Positions 1 through 10,152 of a stretch of 32,000 nucleotides of DNA are shown one piece after another. Numbering within the stretch: the stretch's first letter is position 1; the number at the start of each line of letters is the position of its first letter. The stretch is taken from positions 163,179 to 195,178 of the forward strand of contig JBBRTX010000004.1 of assembly GCA_038244085.1 (NCBI GenBank), in the 5' to 3' direction. Below the pieces are notes generated by a model, which made no database searches, was not told where the DNA came from, and saw only the letters and a program-made list of their open reading frames with translations. This DNA is from Bacteroidales bacterium (GTDB lineage Bacteria; Bacteroidota; Bacteroidia; Bacteroidales; FEN-979). A program made the translations under genes and the position numbers.

Positions 1-407
1 CGGGGATTGACGATCGATAACCCCTCAACGGCAGAAACAATGGTGATGGCAGGTGTAATGATCCCATCAGCGAGCAAGGTACATCCGCCGATGATTGCAA
101 AGATGAAAGCCCATTTTGCCCGCTTACGGATCAGTGCAAAAAGTGCAAAAATCCCGCCTTCACCCTTATTATCGGCCCGGATTGTAAGAAAGATATACTT
201 GATGGTGGTTTGAAGGGTAAGGGTCCACACGATGCAGGATAGTCCCCCGATGATAAACAATTCGGAGATGGTATCCGCCCCGCCCATAATGGCACGCATT
301 ACATATAGCGGTGACGTGCCGATATCGCCATAAACAATTCCCAGCGTGATCAGCATCCCCGCCGCAGAAAGATTATTGATCTGGCCCTTATTTAAGTTAT
401 GCCTCAT
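1..407 (-). CDS. kup: Potassium uptake transporter Kup, N-terminal ~135 codons (gene runs off the window start)
   Basis: Absent from the ORF track because it is open at the window edge. Minus-strand translation from the ATG (complement of 405-407) reads [43 protein letters not shown]...[16 protein letters not shown]... It carries the GDIGTSPLY and EGGxFAL signatures of KUP/HAK/KT transporters. The start overlaps the stop of the upstream dedA-family gene by 11 nt. Confidence 0.8.
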   Translation of the reverse strand, partial: MRHNLNKGQINNLSAAGMLITLGIVYGDIGTSPLYVMRAIMGGADTISELFIIGGLSCIVWTLTLQTTIKYIFLTIRADNKGEGGIFALFALIRKRAKWAFIFAIIGGCTLLADGIITPAITIVSAVEGLSIVNP

Positions 408-1059
408 CTTTCTCTTTACTGGAACTGAAATAGTTTCGGATCAATGCAACAAGCATCGGTAATAATGAAATGAAAATAATCAGCAGGATCGCGATGGAGA
501 AGTTTTCTTTTACTACAGTCAGATTTCCAAAAAAGTAACCCGCGAGGGTAAAAAGCGTCACCCAGAGCACATTTCCTGCAAAACTAAACGCCAGGAACCG
601 GTGATACTTCATAATCCCGATTCCGGCAACGAAAGGGGCAAAGGTCCGCAAAATGGGCATAAACCGGGCAATAATCAGGGTTTTCCCTCCATGCTTTTCA
701 TAAAACTTATGGGTCTTGATCAGGTACTCCTTTTTGATAAGTCTGTAATTCCGGTCGTATACCTTTGACCCCAGAAAATGCCCGATGAAGTAATTGGTGT
801 TATCGCCAATAAAAGCAGCTGATATCAATAAGGGAATGACAAACCAGATGCTCAGTGGCTGATTTGTCATCGCCGCGACGGTTCCTGTGGCAAACAGGAG
901 GGAATCTCCGGGGAGAAAAGGCGTAACCACCAGACCGGTTTCGCAGAAAATGATGATGAAAAGGAGCAAGTAGGTCCATGTCCGGTAATCGGTAACCCAT
1001 TGCTGGAGATAAACGTCGATGTGCAGGAGAAAATCAAAAAAAGTTCGAAGCAGTTCCAT
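397..1059 (-). CDS. DedA family inner-membrane protein (SNARE-associated/VTT domain)
   Basis: 220 aa, multi-TM. Contains [18 protein letters not shown] and [18 protein letters not shown] motifs characteristic of the DedA family. Confidence 0.85.
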   Translation of the reverse strand: MELLRTFFDFLLHIDVYLQQWVTDYRTWTYLLLFIIIFCETGLVVTPFLPGDSLLFATGTVAAMTNQPLSIWFVIPLLISAAFIGDNTNYFIGHFLGSKVYDRNYRLIKKEYLIKTHKFYEKHGGKTLIIARFMPILRTFAPFVAGIGIMKYHRFLAFSFAGNVLWVTLFTLAGYFFGNLTVVKENFSIAILLIIFISLLPMLVALIRNYFSSSKEKDEA

Positions 1060-1090
1060 GATTAGCCAAAATATGAAAAGTCGCGCAAAT

Positions 1091-2359
1091 CTACATTTTT
1101 ATTTCAGAACTTGTTCTGATTCGTATTCGTAGTTGCTTTTTATCGATCACAAAAAAGGCTCTTTTCAGAAAGAAAGGAGTAAGGACGGTTGTGAGGAGAG
1201 CCATGAGCACAAGACTTGAGAATACCGATATCGAAATAAATCCTTTCTGAAGCGCAACATTGGAAATTACGAGTTCCATGATCCCTCTTGCATTCAATCC
1301 GAGCCCCAGCGCAATGGATTTTGAATCATCCATACCGGCCAGTCGCCCGCCGAGGTATCCTCCCAGGATCTTACTGATAAAAGAAACGATCAGGATGGTG
1401 ATGAGAAGCGGAAAATCGCTGAGTGAAGTCAGGTTGAAGGCCATCCCGATGGACGCGAAAAAGATTGGTGCCAAAAAACCCATGGTAATGCCGGAAGTTG
1501 AATTTTTCACTTTATCAAAACTGCCCGTGGCAAACATCGTTCTTGGAATGAGGATGGCACCGAAAAATGCCCCGATGATGAAATGCAGTCCCACCCACTC
1601 AGCAATACTGGCAAAGGCAAGAACAAACACGATTACCAGTGCAAACAGGGATTCCTTCCCCTTCATATAAAGCAGGAATTTGTTGAAATAGGGGTTAATC
1701 ACTTTCACCCTCGCCTTTGCTTGTTTGAAAAGTTTATATGCAATGATCAGAAAACCCATGAACAACATCACTTTGATCAATGACCAGGATGTGGATATGA
1801 CCAGGTCTTTTAATTTTACAGATTCCTGGGAGAAATTCAGGATCACTCCAAGCACAAGTAATGACAATACATCATTGAAAATGGCCGCAGAGATGATCCG
1901 CTGACCCACATCGGAATTGAGTTTGCCCAGATCCATCAGGATCCGGATGCTGACGGGTAATGCCGTGATAGCTATGCAAAGCCCGAGAATAATGCTGAAA
2001 GTGGTATTGAAATCGAAAAGATAACCAATGCTGGTTCCACTGATAAAAGGAATGACAAACCCAAGAAGCGCGATCATACCATTTCTCCCGCGGACTGAAT
2101 TACGGATCTCTTCCACCTCGATCTCCATCCCAGCCAGCACGATCAGGAAAAAAACACCAAGGTCAGCGAGAACACTCAGATTGCCGGTAACATGGATGAG
2201 GTTCAGTACCGAAGGACCCAGCAAGATCCCTGCAAGAACTTCCCCAATCATGGAGGGTTGACCGAACCGCTCCAGTACCTCTCCCATTACTTTCGCCGAG
2301 ACGAGTACGATCAGTAAAGTTACGATGAAGGGAATCTCAGGAGCAGTGTGCAGGAACAT
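1091..2359 (-). CDS. Cation:proton antiporter (CPA2 / Na+-K+/H+ exchanger family), no C-terminal KTN domain
   Basis: 422 aa polytopic membrane protein. N-terminus ...AKVMGEVLERFGQPSMIGEVLAGILLGPSVL... is typical of the sodium/hydrogen exchanger family. Confidence 0.8.
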   Translation of the reverse strand: MFLHTAPEIPFIVTLLIVLVSAKVMGEVLERFGQPSMIGEVLAGILLGPSVLNLIHVTGNLSVLADLGVFFLIVLAGMEIEVEEIRNSVRGRNGMIALLGFVIPFISGTSIGYLFDFNTTFSIILGLCIAITALPVSIRILMDLGKLNSDVGQRIISAAIFNDVLSLLVLGVILNFSQESVKLKDLVISTSWSLIKVMLFMGFLIIAYKLFKQAKARVKVINPYFNKFLLYMKGKESLFALVIVFVLAFASIAEWVGLHFIIGAFFGAILIPRTMFATGSFDKVKNSTSGITMGFLAPIFFASIGMAFNLTSLSDFPLLITILIVSFISKILGGYLGGRLAGMDDSKSIALGLGLNARGIMELVISNVALQKGFISISVFSSLVLMALLTTVLTPFFLKRAFFVIDKKQLRIRIRTSSEIKM

Positions 2360-2419
2360 GGTCTCTACGATACTTTAATACAAAATTAAATCTTTTTATT
2401 CAGCTATACGGAAAACGGT

Positions 2420-2427
2420 TAATTTTG
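2420..2427 (+). promoter_or_regulatory. Candidate Bacteroidota-type -7 promoter box (TAATTTTG fits TAnnTTTG) upstream of pnuC
   Basis: Exact match to the TAnnTTTG pattern, 63 nt upstream of the pnuC TTG start. No clear -33 TTTG partner seen. Confidence 0.25.
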
Positions 2428-2489
2428 TTGCATTCCCGTTCACTCAACTTTTATTACTGGCGGTACATCACTGTTTATAGCCTAAATCA

Positions 2490-3071
2490 TTGAATACACT
2501 AATCCAATTTGGCCCTATTACAACCACAGGAACTGAACTGATCGCCGTCCTCTTCGGATTGCTCAGCGTCTGGTTCATGAAAAAGGAAAAGATCCTGGTC
2601 TTCCCTTTCGGCATCATCAACGTACTGATGTATGCATACATCTGTTACATCACCGGGCTCTATGCATACGCATCGATCAATATTTTTTATTTTGTGATGA
2701 GCGCCTACGGATGGTACAACTGGACGAGGAAAAAAGAAGATTCCCTGAAAATTACCCGCTGTTCATTAAAGGAACGTTTGTTCTATTCAGGATTAATCAT
2801 CATATTCTTTTTTATTCTTTGGTTTCTGCTCGTCCGTTTCACCGACAGCACGGTGCCTGTATGGGATGCCCTCACTACTGCCATCTATATCGTAGGTATG
2901 TGGTTACTGGCCAGGAAGAAAATTGAAAACTGGATACTCTGGATCGCCGGAGATACCATTTCGATATTCCTCTTCGGTTATGAGCTGTTGTACTTCAGCA
3001 GTCTGCAATTTCTCCTGTTTACAATAATTGCTGTTTTTGGATTTCTGGAATGGAAAAGGAAAATCGGATGA
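2490..3071 (+). CDS. pnuC: Nicotinamide riboside transporter PnuC
   Basis: 193 aa, about 7 TM. ELIAVLFGLLSVWFMKKEKILVFPFGIINVLMYAYICY...VMSAYGWYNW closely resembles the conserved PnuC core. TTG start as given by the ORF track. Followed by a NadR-type kinase gene with an ATGA stop/start overlap. Confidence 0.8.
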   Translation: MNTLIQFGPITTTGTELIAVLFGLLSVWFMKKEKILVFPFGIINVLMYAYICYITGLYAYASINIFYFVMSAYGWYNWTRKKEDSLKITRCSLKERLFYSGLIIIFFFILWFLLVRFTDSTVPVWDALTTAIYIVGMWLLARKKIENWILWIAGDTISIFLFGYELLYFSSLQFLLFTIIAVFGFLEWKRKIG

Positions 3072-3595
3072 GCTCAATCAGAAAGATTGCAATAACAGGA
3101 CCGGAATCAACGGGTAAATCTATGCTTACTCGCGACCTGGCTGCCCATTTTCATACTACCTTTGTCGCGGAATATGCCCGGGAATATATTGCTTCACTTG
3201 ATCGGCCCTATAATCAAAATGATATCCTTGAGATTGCCATGGGCCAACTTTCTAACGAACACCGGCTGGAGAAAACCGCCAGTGAAATCTTCTTTTGCGA
3301 TACGGAACTGATTGTCACCAAGATATGGAGTGAAGTACGGTATGGTTCCTGTAATCCGTGGATTTTGGAAAACATTTTTGCCGGTGATTATGACCTTTAC
3401 CTGCTTTGTTATATTGATCTTCCCTGGGAAGCAGATCCGCAGCGGGAACATCCGCACATGCGGCAGGAACTCTTCAACCTTTATCATGAAGAATTAAAGA
3501 AGCGGGAACTGCCCTTTGCGATTGTCCGGGGATTGGATGGCGAAAGATTGGATAATGCGATTCAGGCGATCAGATCGCATGGATTGATCCCCTGA
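3050..3595 (+). CDS. NadR-type ribosylnicotinamide kinase-like P-loop ATPase (kinase domain only)
   Basis: Walker A ITGPESTGKS, about 180 aa, immediately downstream of pnuC. An alternative start at ATG 3068 gives an ATGA overlap with the pnuC stop (3068-3071). No HTH or NMN adenylyltransferase domain is present. Confidence 0.7.
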   Translation: MEKENRMSSIRKIAITGPESTGKSMLTRDLAAHFHTTFVAEYAREYIASLDRPYNQNDILEIAMGQLSNEHRLEKTASEIFFCDTELIVTKIWSEVRYGSCNPWILENIFAGDYDLYLLCYIDLPWEADPQREHPHMRQELFNLYHEELKKRELPFAIVRGLDGERLDNAIQAIRSHGLIP

Positions 3596-3653
3596 TCAAT
3601 AAAAGTTCTTTAAAAATGTTACATTTATTGTCCAAATACAAACCGCTACCCTG

Positions 3654-4829
3654 ATGTCGAACCGCCTGAAAATCCTGTTTCTTCCCCGTTGGTATCCGAA
3701 CCGGTTCGATCCGATGCCGGGACTGTTTTTCCAGCGTCAGGCTGAGGTTCTTGTCGATTCCTGCGAAGTGGCCGTTCTTTCCGTTCACCCGGGGAAAGAC
3801 GTTCCCAACAGATATGAACTGGATATGGCATGGGAAAACGGAGTGTTTGCGGTTCGCGTCTATTACCGGATACCCAAAAAAGAGATTCCGGTTCTCGGCC
3901 GGATCCTGAAAATTTATCGGTACTACAAGGCAAATGCTATTGGAATGAAGATGTTGCGCACCTATAAAGCCGACATTGTCCATGTGCATGTCCTGACCCG
4001 CACGGGAGTTATTGCCCTGATCAATAAAATCAGGAACAAGACTCCTTACATTGTTTCTGAACACTGGTCGAGATACTTTCCTGAAAACAAAAGCTACAAT
4101 GGCTGGTTCAGGAAATTCCTCACAAGGATCGTGGTGAAAAAGGCCGGAGCGGTCATCGCAGTATCGGCAAAACTGAAAGAAGCCATGCAGGCATATCGCC
4201 TGGATAACCGTCATTTCGAAATCATCCCAAACCTGGTCGAGGTGGATAAATTTGTTCCTTCTGTAAATAAGGCATTGCCAGACACGCGGAGGGTGGTTCA
4301 TATCAGCTGTTTTGATGACAGATCCAAGAACATCACCGGGTTTTTACGAGCCATCAAAAAAGTTACAGAAATAAAATCTGATTTTATCTGCGACATGATC
4401 GGCGAGGGCCCTGATTTTGAAAAGTGCAGAAGTTATGCTTATTCACTGGGTTTGAGAGATGTAGTTATTTTTAAAGGACTTCAAACAGACGGAGCCTTGA
4501 TTTCATTGTTGAATACGGCTGATTTTCTTGTTCAGTCCAGCAATTTTGAAACTTTCGGAACTAGCATTATTGAGAGCCTGGCCTGCGGTGTCCCTGTGGT
4601 GTCAACCCGGGTGGGAATTGCAACAGAGGTAATTCATACGGTCAACGGAATCCTGGTAGCGCCCCGGGATGAAGAAGCCATGGCTGCAGCCATCGTGGAG
4701 ATGTTGGGTATTTGCAGGCAATTTGATCATGAAATCATCCGGGAAGAGATCGTTTCAACATTCAACTCCGCTACGGTGACCAGCCGTCTGATTGAAATCT
4801 ATCAACAAGTGTTGGGAATAGAAAAATAA
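3654..4829 (+). CDS. Glycosyltransferase family 4 (GT-B, group 1)
   Basis: 391 aa. C-terminal FETFGTSIIESLACGVPVVSTRVG matches the GT4 E-x7-E region. N-terminal half resembles a glycosyltransferase 4-like domain. Confidence 0.8.
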   Translation: MSNRLKILFLPRWYPNRFDPMPGLFFQRQAEVLVDSCEVAVLSVHPGKDVPNRYELDMAWENGVFAVRVYYRIPKKEIPVLGRILKIYRYYKANAIGMKMLRTYKADIVHVHVLTRTGVIALINKIRNKTPYIVSEHWSRYFPENKSYNGWFRKFLTRIVVKKAGAVIAVSAKLKEAMQAYRLDNRHFEIIPNLVEVDKFVPSVNKALPDTRRVVHISCFDDRSKNITGFLRAIKKVTEIKSDFICDMIGEGPDFEKCRSYAYSLGLRDVVIFKGLQTDGALISLLNTADFLVQSSNFETFGTSIIESLACGVPVVSTRVGIATEVIHTVNGILVAPRDEEAMAAAIVEMLGICRQFDHEIIREEIVSTFNSATVTSRLIEIYQQVLGIEK

Positions 4830-4849
4830 AATCACCAGAAGGTGATCGT

Positions 4850-6127
4850 ATGGTAAAAAAAATAATAGGTACAATAACCACCCGGGTTCTGATCGGTGTG
4901 CTCACACTCGTCATCGTGCTGGTAAATGCACGCATTCTCGGGAAGGTTGAAATTGGAACCCTCAGCCTGATTATTCTTGCCATTACCATCCTGCAACTGG
5001 TAAGCAGTATTGTTGGTGGCGGTTCCCTGGTCTATCTCGTTCCCAGGGCTCCTTTGCGTAAATTGTTGATTCCGTCTTATTTATGGAGCATCTTGATCGC
5101 CACCGTGGGCACTTTAATAATGAACCTGATTCCTTTCACCCGGGTAGACGGGTTTATGGTGCATGTGGCCTTGTTATCCATGCTGCTCTCTTTCACCAAT
5201 GCGAACCTGATGATCCTCATGGGAAAGGAAAGAATTCGCGAATATAACCTGGTCACTTTCTTTCAAATGGTTGTCCTGTTTGTGGTGCTGTTTTCATTCT
5301 TTTTTATTTTCGGATACCGGGATCTAAAAGCATACCTGTATGGGCTCTATTTTTCATACGGATTCGCGTTGTTGGCCAGTTTTCTTTTGATTCTTCCCGA
5401 AATAAAGAAAGACAAGCCTTCCATTTCAGAAAAAAATATCCTGAAAGAAATGTTTCGCTATGGCGTTACCATGCAGAGTGCAAATGTTTTCCAGTTCCTG
5501 AATTACCGGATGAGTTATTATTTTGTTGATTTTTTCCTGGGAAAAGGGTCCCTGGGGATTTTTTCGGTCGGAACACAATTATCAGAAAGTATCTGGCTGC
5601 TCAGCAAGAGCATTTCCACTGTTCAGTATACACGAATTGCCAACCAGAAGGATCCTCAATACGCAGCCAAGCTGACCCTGACATTTATAAAAATTTCATT
5701 TATCCTTACTTTCATTTCGTTGGCGGCACTTCTGCTGCTGATTCACTGGTTTTTCCCCGTCATTTTTCATCCTGAATTTGCCCCGGTGAAAAATATCATG
5801 CTGATCCTGAGTGTGGGAATTCTCATTTTCTCGGTATCTATCGTTTTGAGTCCCTACTTTTCTGGTATCGGGAAACCGGATCACAATATGTTTTCCTCCG
5901 GATTGGGATTGGTGTTAACCTTGATTTCGGGCTTCATTCTTATCCCTCGTTTGGGCCTGGCAGGAGCCGCGATGACTGCTGTCATTTCTTATGCAACCGC
6001 CACTTTGTATCAGTTTATTGTGTTTCTCCGCCTGTCCGGAATTCTTTTCAGGGATTTTTTGCTGACAGGGTCTGAAATCCGGATGGCATATCGCTTTTTG
6101 TTATCTTTGCAGTATAAAAAACTTTAA
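4850..6127 (+). CDS. Oligosaccharide/polysaccharide flippase (MOP superfamily, Wzx-like)
   Basis: 425 aa with about 12 predicted TM helices. Position directly after a GT4 gene. The call rests on topology and context, with no unique motif. Confidence 0.6.
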   Translation: MVKKIIGTITTRVLIGVLTLVIVLVNARILGKVEIGTLSLIILAITILQLVSSIVGGGSLVYLVPRAPLRKLLIPSYLWSILIATVGTLIMNLIPFTRVDGFMVHVALLSMLLSFTNANLMILMGKERIREYNLVTFFQMVVLFVVLFSFFFIFGYRDLKAYLYGLYFSYGFALLASFLLILPEIKKDKPSISEKNILKEMFRYGVTMQSANVFQFLNYRMSYYFVDFFLGKGSLGIFSVGTQLSESIWLLSKSISTVQYTRIANQKDPQYAAKLTLTFIKISFILTFISLAALLLLIHWFFPVIFHPEFAPVKNIMLILSVGILIFSVSIVLSPYFSGIGKPDHNMFSSGLGLVLTLISGFILIPRLGLAGAAMTAVISYATATLYQFIVFLRLSGILFRDFLLTGSEIRMAYRFLLSLQYKKL

Positions 6128-6129
6128 GT

Positions 6130-7986
6130 ATGATTGAGCCGGAAGCCTACGATGAAGCGAGCATACGCTCCCTCGACTGGAAAGAGCACATTCGCCTTCG
6201 TCCCGGCATGTATATCGGGAAACTGGGAGATGGTTCTTCCCCCGATGATGGCATTTATGTCCTGATCAAAGAGATTATTGATAATTCCATCGACGAATTT
6301 GTCATGGGATTTGGAAAAACGATTGAAGTCACCATAAAAGACCAACAGGTCATGGTGAGGGATTATGGACGCGGAATGCCTTTAGGAAAAATCGTGGAAT
6401 GTGTTTCCAAGATCAATACCGGTGCAAAATATGATTCCAAGGTTTTTAAAAAAGCCGTAGGGCTCAATGGAGTGGGAGCAAAAGCTGTGAACGGACTCTC
6501 TTCCTGGTTTAAGATCCAGGGTGTCCGGGATGGCATGACGCGGATAGTAGAATTTCGCCGGGGTGAAATCATTAATAACGAGAAAGAAAAACCAACCGAA
6601 CTGCGTTCCGGAACCATTGTGACCTTCGTTCCGGATGAAGAAATCTTTGGTAAATACCATTATATCCCGGAATACGTGCAGAAAATGCTCTGGAATAACG
6701 TATTCCTGAATACCGGCCTGACCATCGTTTTCAATGGTGAAAAATTCCATTCGGACAATGGTCTGCTCGATCTCCTGAACAGTTCCATTGATGCGAAAGT
6801 CCTTTACCCGATCATCCGCTTGAGTGACGGCGATTTCGAGTTCGCCTTTACCCACTGCGAGATGTATGGCGAAGAATATTACTCCTTTGTGAACGGGCAA
6901 CATACAACACAGGGCGGAACCCACCAGGCGGCTTTCCGTGAAGCGCTTGTCAAGACCATCCGCGATTTTTATAAAAAGGATTTCGATACCGGTGATATCC
7001 GTGCATCCCTCGTTGCTGCACTCAGTATAAAAGTGCAGGATCCTGTGTTTGAATCCCAAACGAAAACAAAACTGGGATCACAGAATATTGAACCCGGCGG
7101 ACAAAGCATCCGTAATTATGTGATGGATATCGTGAAAAAGCATCTCGATAACTACCTTCACATGAATTCAGATATTGCAGAAGCCTTGCTGCGAAAAATT
7201 CTTCAATCGGAAAAGGAACGTAAAGAATGGGCCAATATCCGGAAGATCGCCAAGGAAAGCGTGAAGAAGGTCAGCCTCCATAATAAGAAGCTTCGCGATT
7301 GCCGAATCCATTATAACAACCATGACGACCGGAGATATGAATCAACCATTTTCATCACCGAGGGGGATTCGGCCAGCGGATCCATTACCAAATCCAGGGA
7401 TGTAAATACCCAGGCCGTCTTCAGTCTGAAAGGGAAACCGCTCAATTGCTATGGGCTGAGTAAACGGATCGTTTACGAAAATGAAGAATTCAACCTGCTC
7501 CATTCCGCGCTTAACATAGAGGAAGGAATGGAGAACCTTCGTTACAATTATGTTGTGGTTGCCACGGATGCCGATGTCGACGGGATGCATATCCGGTTGT
7601 TGCTTCTGACTTTTTTCCTCCAGTTCTATCCCGACCTGATCCGGAATGGCCATTTGTATATCCTTCAGACACCGCTTTTCAGGGTGAGAAATAAACAGAA
7701 GACGATCTATTGTTATTCGGAAGAAGAAAAGGTCGATGCATTGACAAAGCTGGGGGTAAATCCTGAAATAACCCGTTTCAAAGGACTCGGGGAAATTTCA
7801 CCTGATGAATTCACCCATTTTATTGGTCCGTCTATGCGGTTAGATCCCGTTATACTCTCTAAAAATTCCTCGATTCCTGAAATTCTTGCCTTTTACATGG
7901 GGAAGAACACACCCGATCGGCAAGTGTTCATCATTGAGAATCTGAAAGTTGAGGAAGATGTGGTCCCAGAAACCATTGAAGTCTGA
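6130..7986 (+). CDS. parE: DNA topoisomerase IV subunit B (type IIA topoisomerase ATPase subunit)
   Basis: 618 aa. GHKL ATPase N-terminus ([17 protein letters not shown]), Toprim [21 protein letters not shown]. The short length without the GyrB-type insertion favours ParE over GyrB. Confidence 0.8.
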   Translation: MIEPEAYDEASIRSLDWKEHIRLRPGMYIGKLGDGSSPDDGIYVLIKEIIDNSIDEFVMGFGKTIEVTIKDQQVMVRDYGRGMPLGKIVECVSKINTGAKYDSKVFKKAVGLNGVGAKAVNGLSSWFKIQGVRDGMTRIVEFRRGEIINNEKEKPTELRSGTIVTFVPDEEIFGKYHYIPEYVQKMLWNNVFLNTGLTIVFNGEKFHSDNGLLDLLNSSIDAKVLYPIIRLSDGDFEFAFTHCEMYGEEYYSFVNGQHTTQGGTHQAAFREALVKTIRDFYKKDFDTGDIRASLVAALSIKVQDPVFESQTKTKLGSQNIEPGGQSIRNYVMDIVKKHLDNYLHMNSDIAEALLRKILQSEKERKEWANIRKIAKESVKKVSLHNKKLRDCRIHYNNHDDRRYESTIFITEGDSASGSITKSRDVNTQAVFSLKGKPLNCYGLSKRIVYENEEFNLLHSALNIEEGMENLRYNYVVVATDADVDGMHIRLLLLTFFLQFYPDLIRNGHLYILQTPLFRVRNKQKTIYCYSEEEKVDALTKLGVNPEITRFKGLGEISPDEFTHFIGPSMRLDPVILSKNSSIPEILAFYMGKNTPDRQVFIIENLKVEEDVVPETIEV

Positions 7987-8601
7987 TTATTCTTTACTTC
8001 TTTTCATGGGCCAGAAATGATGGGTAAAGTGTAAATTGATTTCCCTGCGCCGCATGATGTCCTGAAGCTCAAAAAGCATATCCCTGTTAACCTCTTCAGC
8101 CATGGGAACAACCCATCGCTTGGTTTCGTCGATATATTTCAGGATATAGTTTTTATCGAAAATATCCGAGTGAAGATCGGTCAGATTGGAGATCCGGTCG
8201 GCACATTTCAGCAATTTTGCTCTTTGCGAACCTTTCCTCAGGATCCTTTCAAGAAATTGATCTTTGGTTTCCGATTTTATTCGGGTAACTTCGATCACAA
8301 GGTCGTATACGGCTTTTCCGTCACTATCAAGGTTGATAATCTCTTCGGGTGAAGTACCCTTCGTGTCTTCAAAAAGATCATGGATAAAGGAGGCCTTCAG
8401 TACGACCGGATCCAGGCAGTGATAATCCAGCAGAATGCCGAAAGTGCTGATCGCATGACGAAACTGATTTCCTCCCACAAAACGGTATTTTCCCTGTAAG
8501 GCCGTACTTTTTTGAACGTATGGCGCAAGGATCATTTTTTCGAGTTGCGTTTTTTCAACGTTTTCCATAGTTAAATTATTCTGAAGCGTCCTGGTCTTCA
8601 A
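7987..8601 (-). CDS. HD-domain hydrolase of the RelA/SpoT (RSH) hydrolase type, small-alarmone-hydrolase-like
   Basis: FRHAISTFGILL, IHDLFEDT (HDxxEDT) and LLKCADRISNL (KxADRxxN) match the RSH hydrolase-domain motifs. There is no synthetase domain. An alternative start at ATG 8568 (MENVEK...) removes the 26-nt overlap with the nnr stop. Confidence 0.7.
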   Translation of the reverse strand: MKTRTLQNNLTMENVEKTQLEKMILAPYVQKSTALQGKYRFVGGNQFRHAISTFGILLDYHCLDPVVLKASFIHDLFEDTKGTSPEEIINLDSDGKAVYDLVIEVTRIKSETKDQFLERILRKGSQRAKLLKCADRISNLTDLHSDIFDKNYILKYIDETKRWVVPMAEEVNRDMLFELQDIMRRREINLHFTHHFWPMKRSKE

Positions 8602-10147
8602 TTTTTATACCATAAATAGGTTCACGGCTTTTTTGCAAAAGCTGGAAGGCATTTCCCAGTTCCTCCGTGATGTCTGGGGCAATCAGGGCTTCAAATCCTC
8701 TCTGGGAAGCAGCCAGATCTCCAGCCAGGCCATGAAGAAACACGCCAAGGATGCAGGTTTCCAAGGATGTATATCCCTGGGCGAAAAGTCCGGCGAGTAT
8801 ACCCGTCAGCACATCCCCGCTTCCTCCTGTCGCCATACCCGGATTACCGGTTGGATTGAAATAACACCGGCCTTCAGGACTGGTAATGGCTGTATATGCC
8901 CCTTTCTGGATGATATAAACATTGTATTTGAACGAAAGTTCCTTCTGTTTCTCATTTCTTTCATAATCATCGGAAACAGGACCGGCGATTCGTTCAAATT
9001 CCTTTGGATGTGGTGTGAGGATTGACCCGGGAGGGAGAAAAGAGAGCCAGGTCTTGTTTTCAGCCAGGATATTCAGGGCATCTGCATCCAGGATCAGCGG
9101 AATTTTAGAATTCTGGATCAGGAATTTTAGGGAAACTGCCGTTTGATCGGCCTTACCAATCCCGGGACCCACGGCGATGGCTGTATAAATATCCAGTGCC
9201 GGAACCATCGAAAAGATATCTTCGTCTACATCCGGATCAAGCATGATCTCAGGAACGGCAGCTTGAACAATGCCAATGCCTGACCATGGTACGTGGCTGG
9301 TTACCAGTCCTGCACCTGCTCGTGAACAGGCCCGTGCCGACATCACCGCAGCGCCCATTTTTCCTTTGCTGCCGCAAAATAGTAAAGCATGTCCGTAATT
9401 GCCTTTGTGCGAAAATTTCTTTCTGACTTTTAAGATTTCGGATACTTCGCGTCCGGTGAGATAGTGATTTTTTGAAGGAACATTTTCAATAAACTCACGA
9501 CTGAGGCCAATATCCAGCAGCTCCAATTTACCTGCATATACATCATTTTCAGGGAAGAAAAAGGCCAGTTTCGGCGGCAGGAAACTCAGGGTATAATCAG
9601 CACAGATGATGCCTCCCTTCTGGCCGCTCACCGACTGGTCAACCATTAACCCGCTCGGCATATCGATGGAGATAATGATGGCACCTGCTTCATTGATGAA
9701 ACGGATCACCTGCTCATAAACCCCTTTTACCGGCCGGGAGATTCCGCTACCGAAAATCGCATCGATTACGATATCTTTGAGAGGATCGATTTCAGGAAAT
9801 AGGGAATCTTCAGTAAGGATTATAGGGTCATCCGGATGCATTTCCTGGTAACGGTGAAAATTCGTGAGGAAGTCCTGCGATCCCTTTTCAGGATCACCAC
9901 AAATAAAAACATGCACTTCGCGATCATGGTCCTTCAGCCTCATCATCCTTGCAACCGCCAACCCGTCGCCACCGTTATTTCCCGTCCCACAGAAAAAAAG
10001 GATCCGGTTTCCGGGCCTTATATTTTTTTCAAGCCATAAAAAACATCGCCCTGCAGCTCTTTCCATCAGGTTGACGGAAGAAATCGGCTCATGGAGGATG
10101 GTATAAGCATCCGCTTCATGAATTTGCCCGGCAGAAAGTATCTTCAT
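8576..10147 (-). CDS. nnr: Bifunctional NAD(P)H-hydrate repair enzyme Nnr (epimerase + ADP-dependent dehydratase)
   Basis: YjeF_N motif FFCGTGNNGGDGLAVARM and C-terminal kinase-fold motifs GPGIG and GGSGDVLTGI. Start set at the internal ATG 10147 (MKILSAGQIHEADAYTI). The 37-codon upstream extension in the ORF track overlaps the preceding gene and looks non-coding. Confidence 0.85.
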   Translation of the reverse strand: MKILSAGQIHEADAYTILHEPISSVNLMERAAGRCFLWLEKNIRPGNRILFFCGTGNNGGDGLAVARMMRLKDHDREVHVFICGDPEKGSQDFLTNFHRYQEMHPDDPIILTEDSLFPEIDPLKDIVIDAIFGSGISRPVKGVYEQVIRFINEAGAIIISIDMPSGLMVDQSVSGQKGGIICADYTLSFLPPKLAFFFPENDVYAGKLELLDIGLSREFIENVPSKNHYLTGREVSEILKVRKKFSHKGNYGHALLFCGSKGKMGAAVMSARACSRAGAGLVTSHVPWSGIGIVQAAVPEIMLDPDVDEDIFSMVPALDIYTAIAVGPGIGKADQTAVSLKFLIQNSKIPLILDADALNILAENKTWLSFLPPGSILTPHPKEFERIAGPVSDDYERNEKQKELSFKYNVYIIQKGAYTAITSPEGRCYFNPTGNPGMATGGSGDVLTGILAGLFAQGYTSLETCILGVFLHGLAGDLAASQRGFEALIAPDITEELGNAFQLLQKSREPIYGIKIEDQDASE

Positions 10148-10152
10148 AATTT

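Noticed and set aside
7-213. 68-aa plus-strand ORF at the window start
   Set aside because: It lies antisense to a clear Kup N-terminus (GDIGTSPLY motif on the minus strand). Its own translation is low-complexity with no recognisable motif.
1260-1670. 136-aa plus-strand ORF inside the antiporter gene
   Set aside because: It is antisense to the CPA2 antiporter. Its Pro/Ser/Met-rich translation is typical of a shadow frame.
3570-4301. 243-aa minus-strand ORF overlapping the GT4 gene (plus the nested ORF 3646-3933)
   Set aside because: It is a shadow ORF antisense to a well-supported glycosyltransferase. Its Cys/His/Arg-rich composition is atypical for the other proteins in this window.
6382-7059. 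225-aa minus-strand ORF inside parE
   Set aside because: It is antisense to the conserved GHKL/transducer region of ParE and has no motif support.
7984-7989. Zero-nucleotide convergent junction between the parE stop (7984-7986) and the HD hydrolase stop (7987-7989), leaving no room for terminators
   Set aside because: Abutting convergent genes occur in compact genomes. No structure or motif at the junction suggests anything beyond tight packing.
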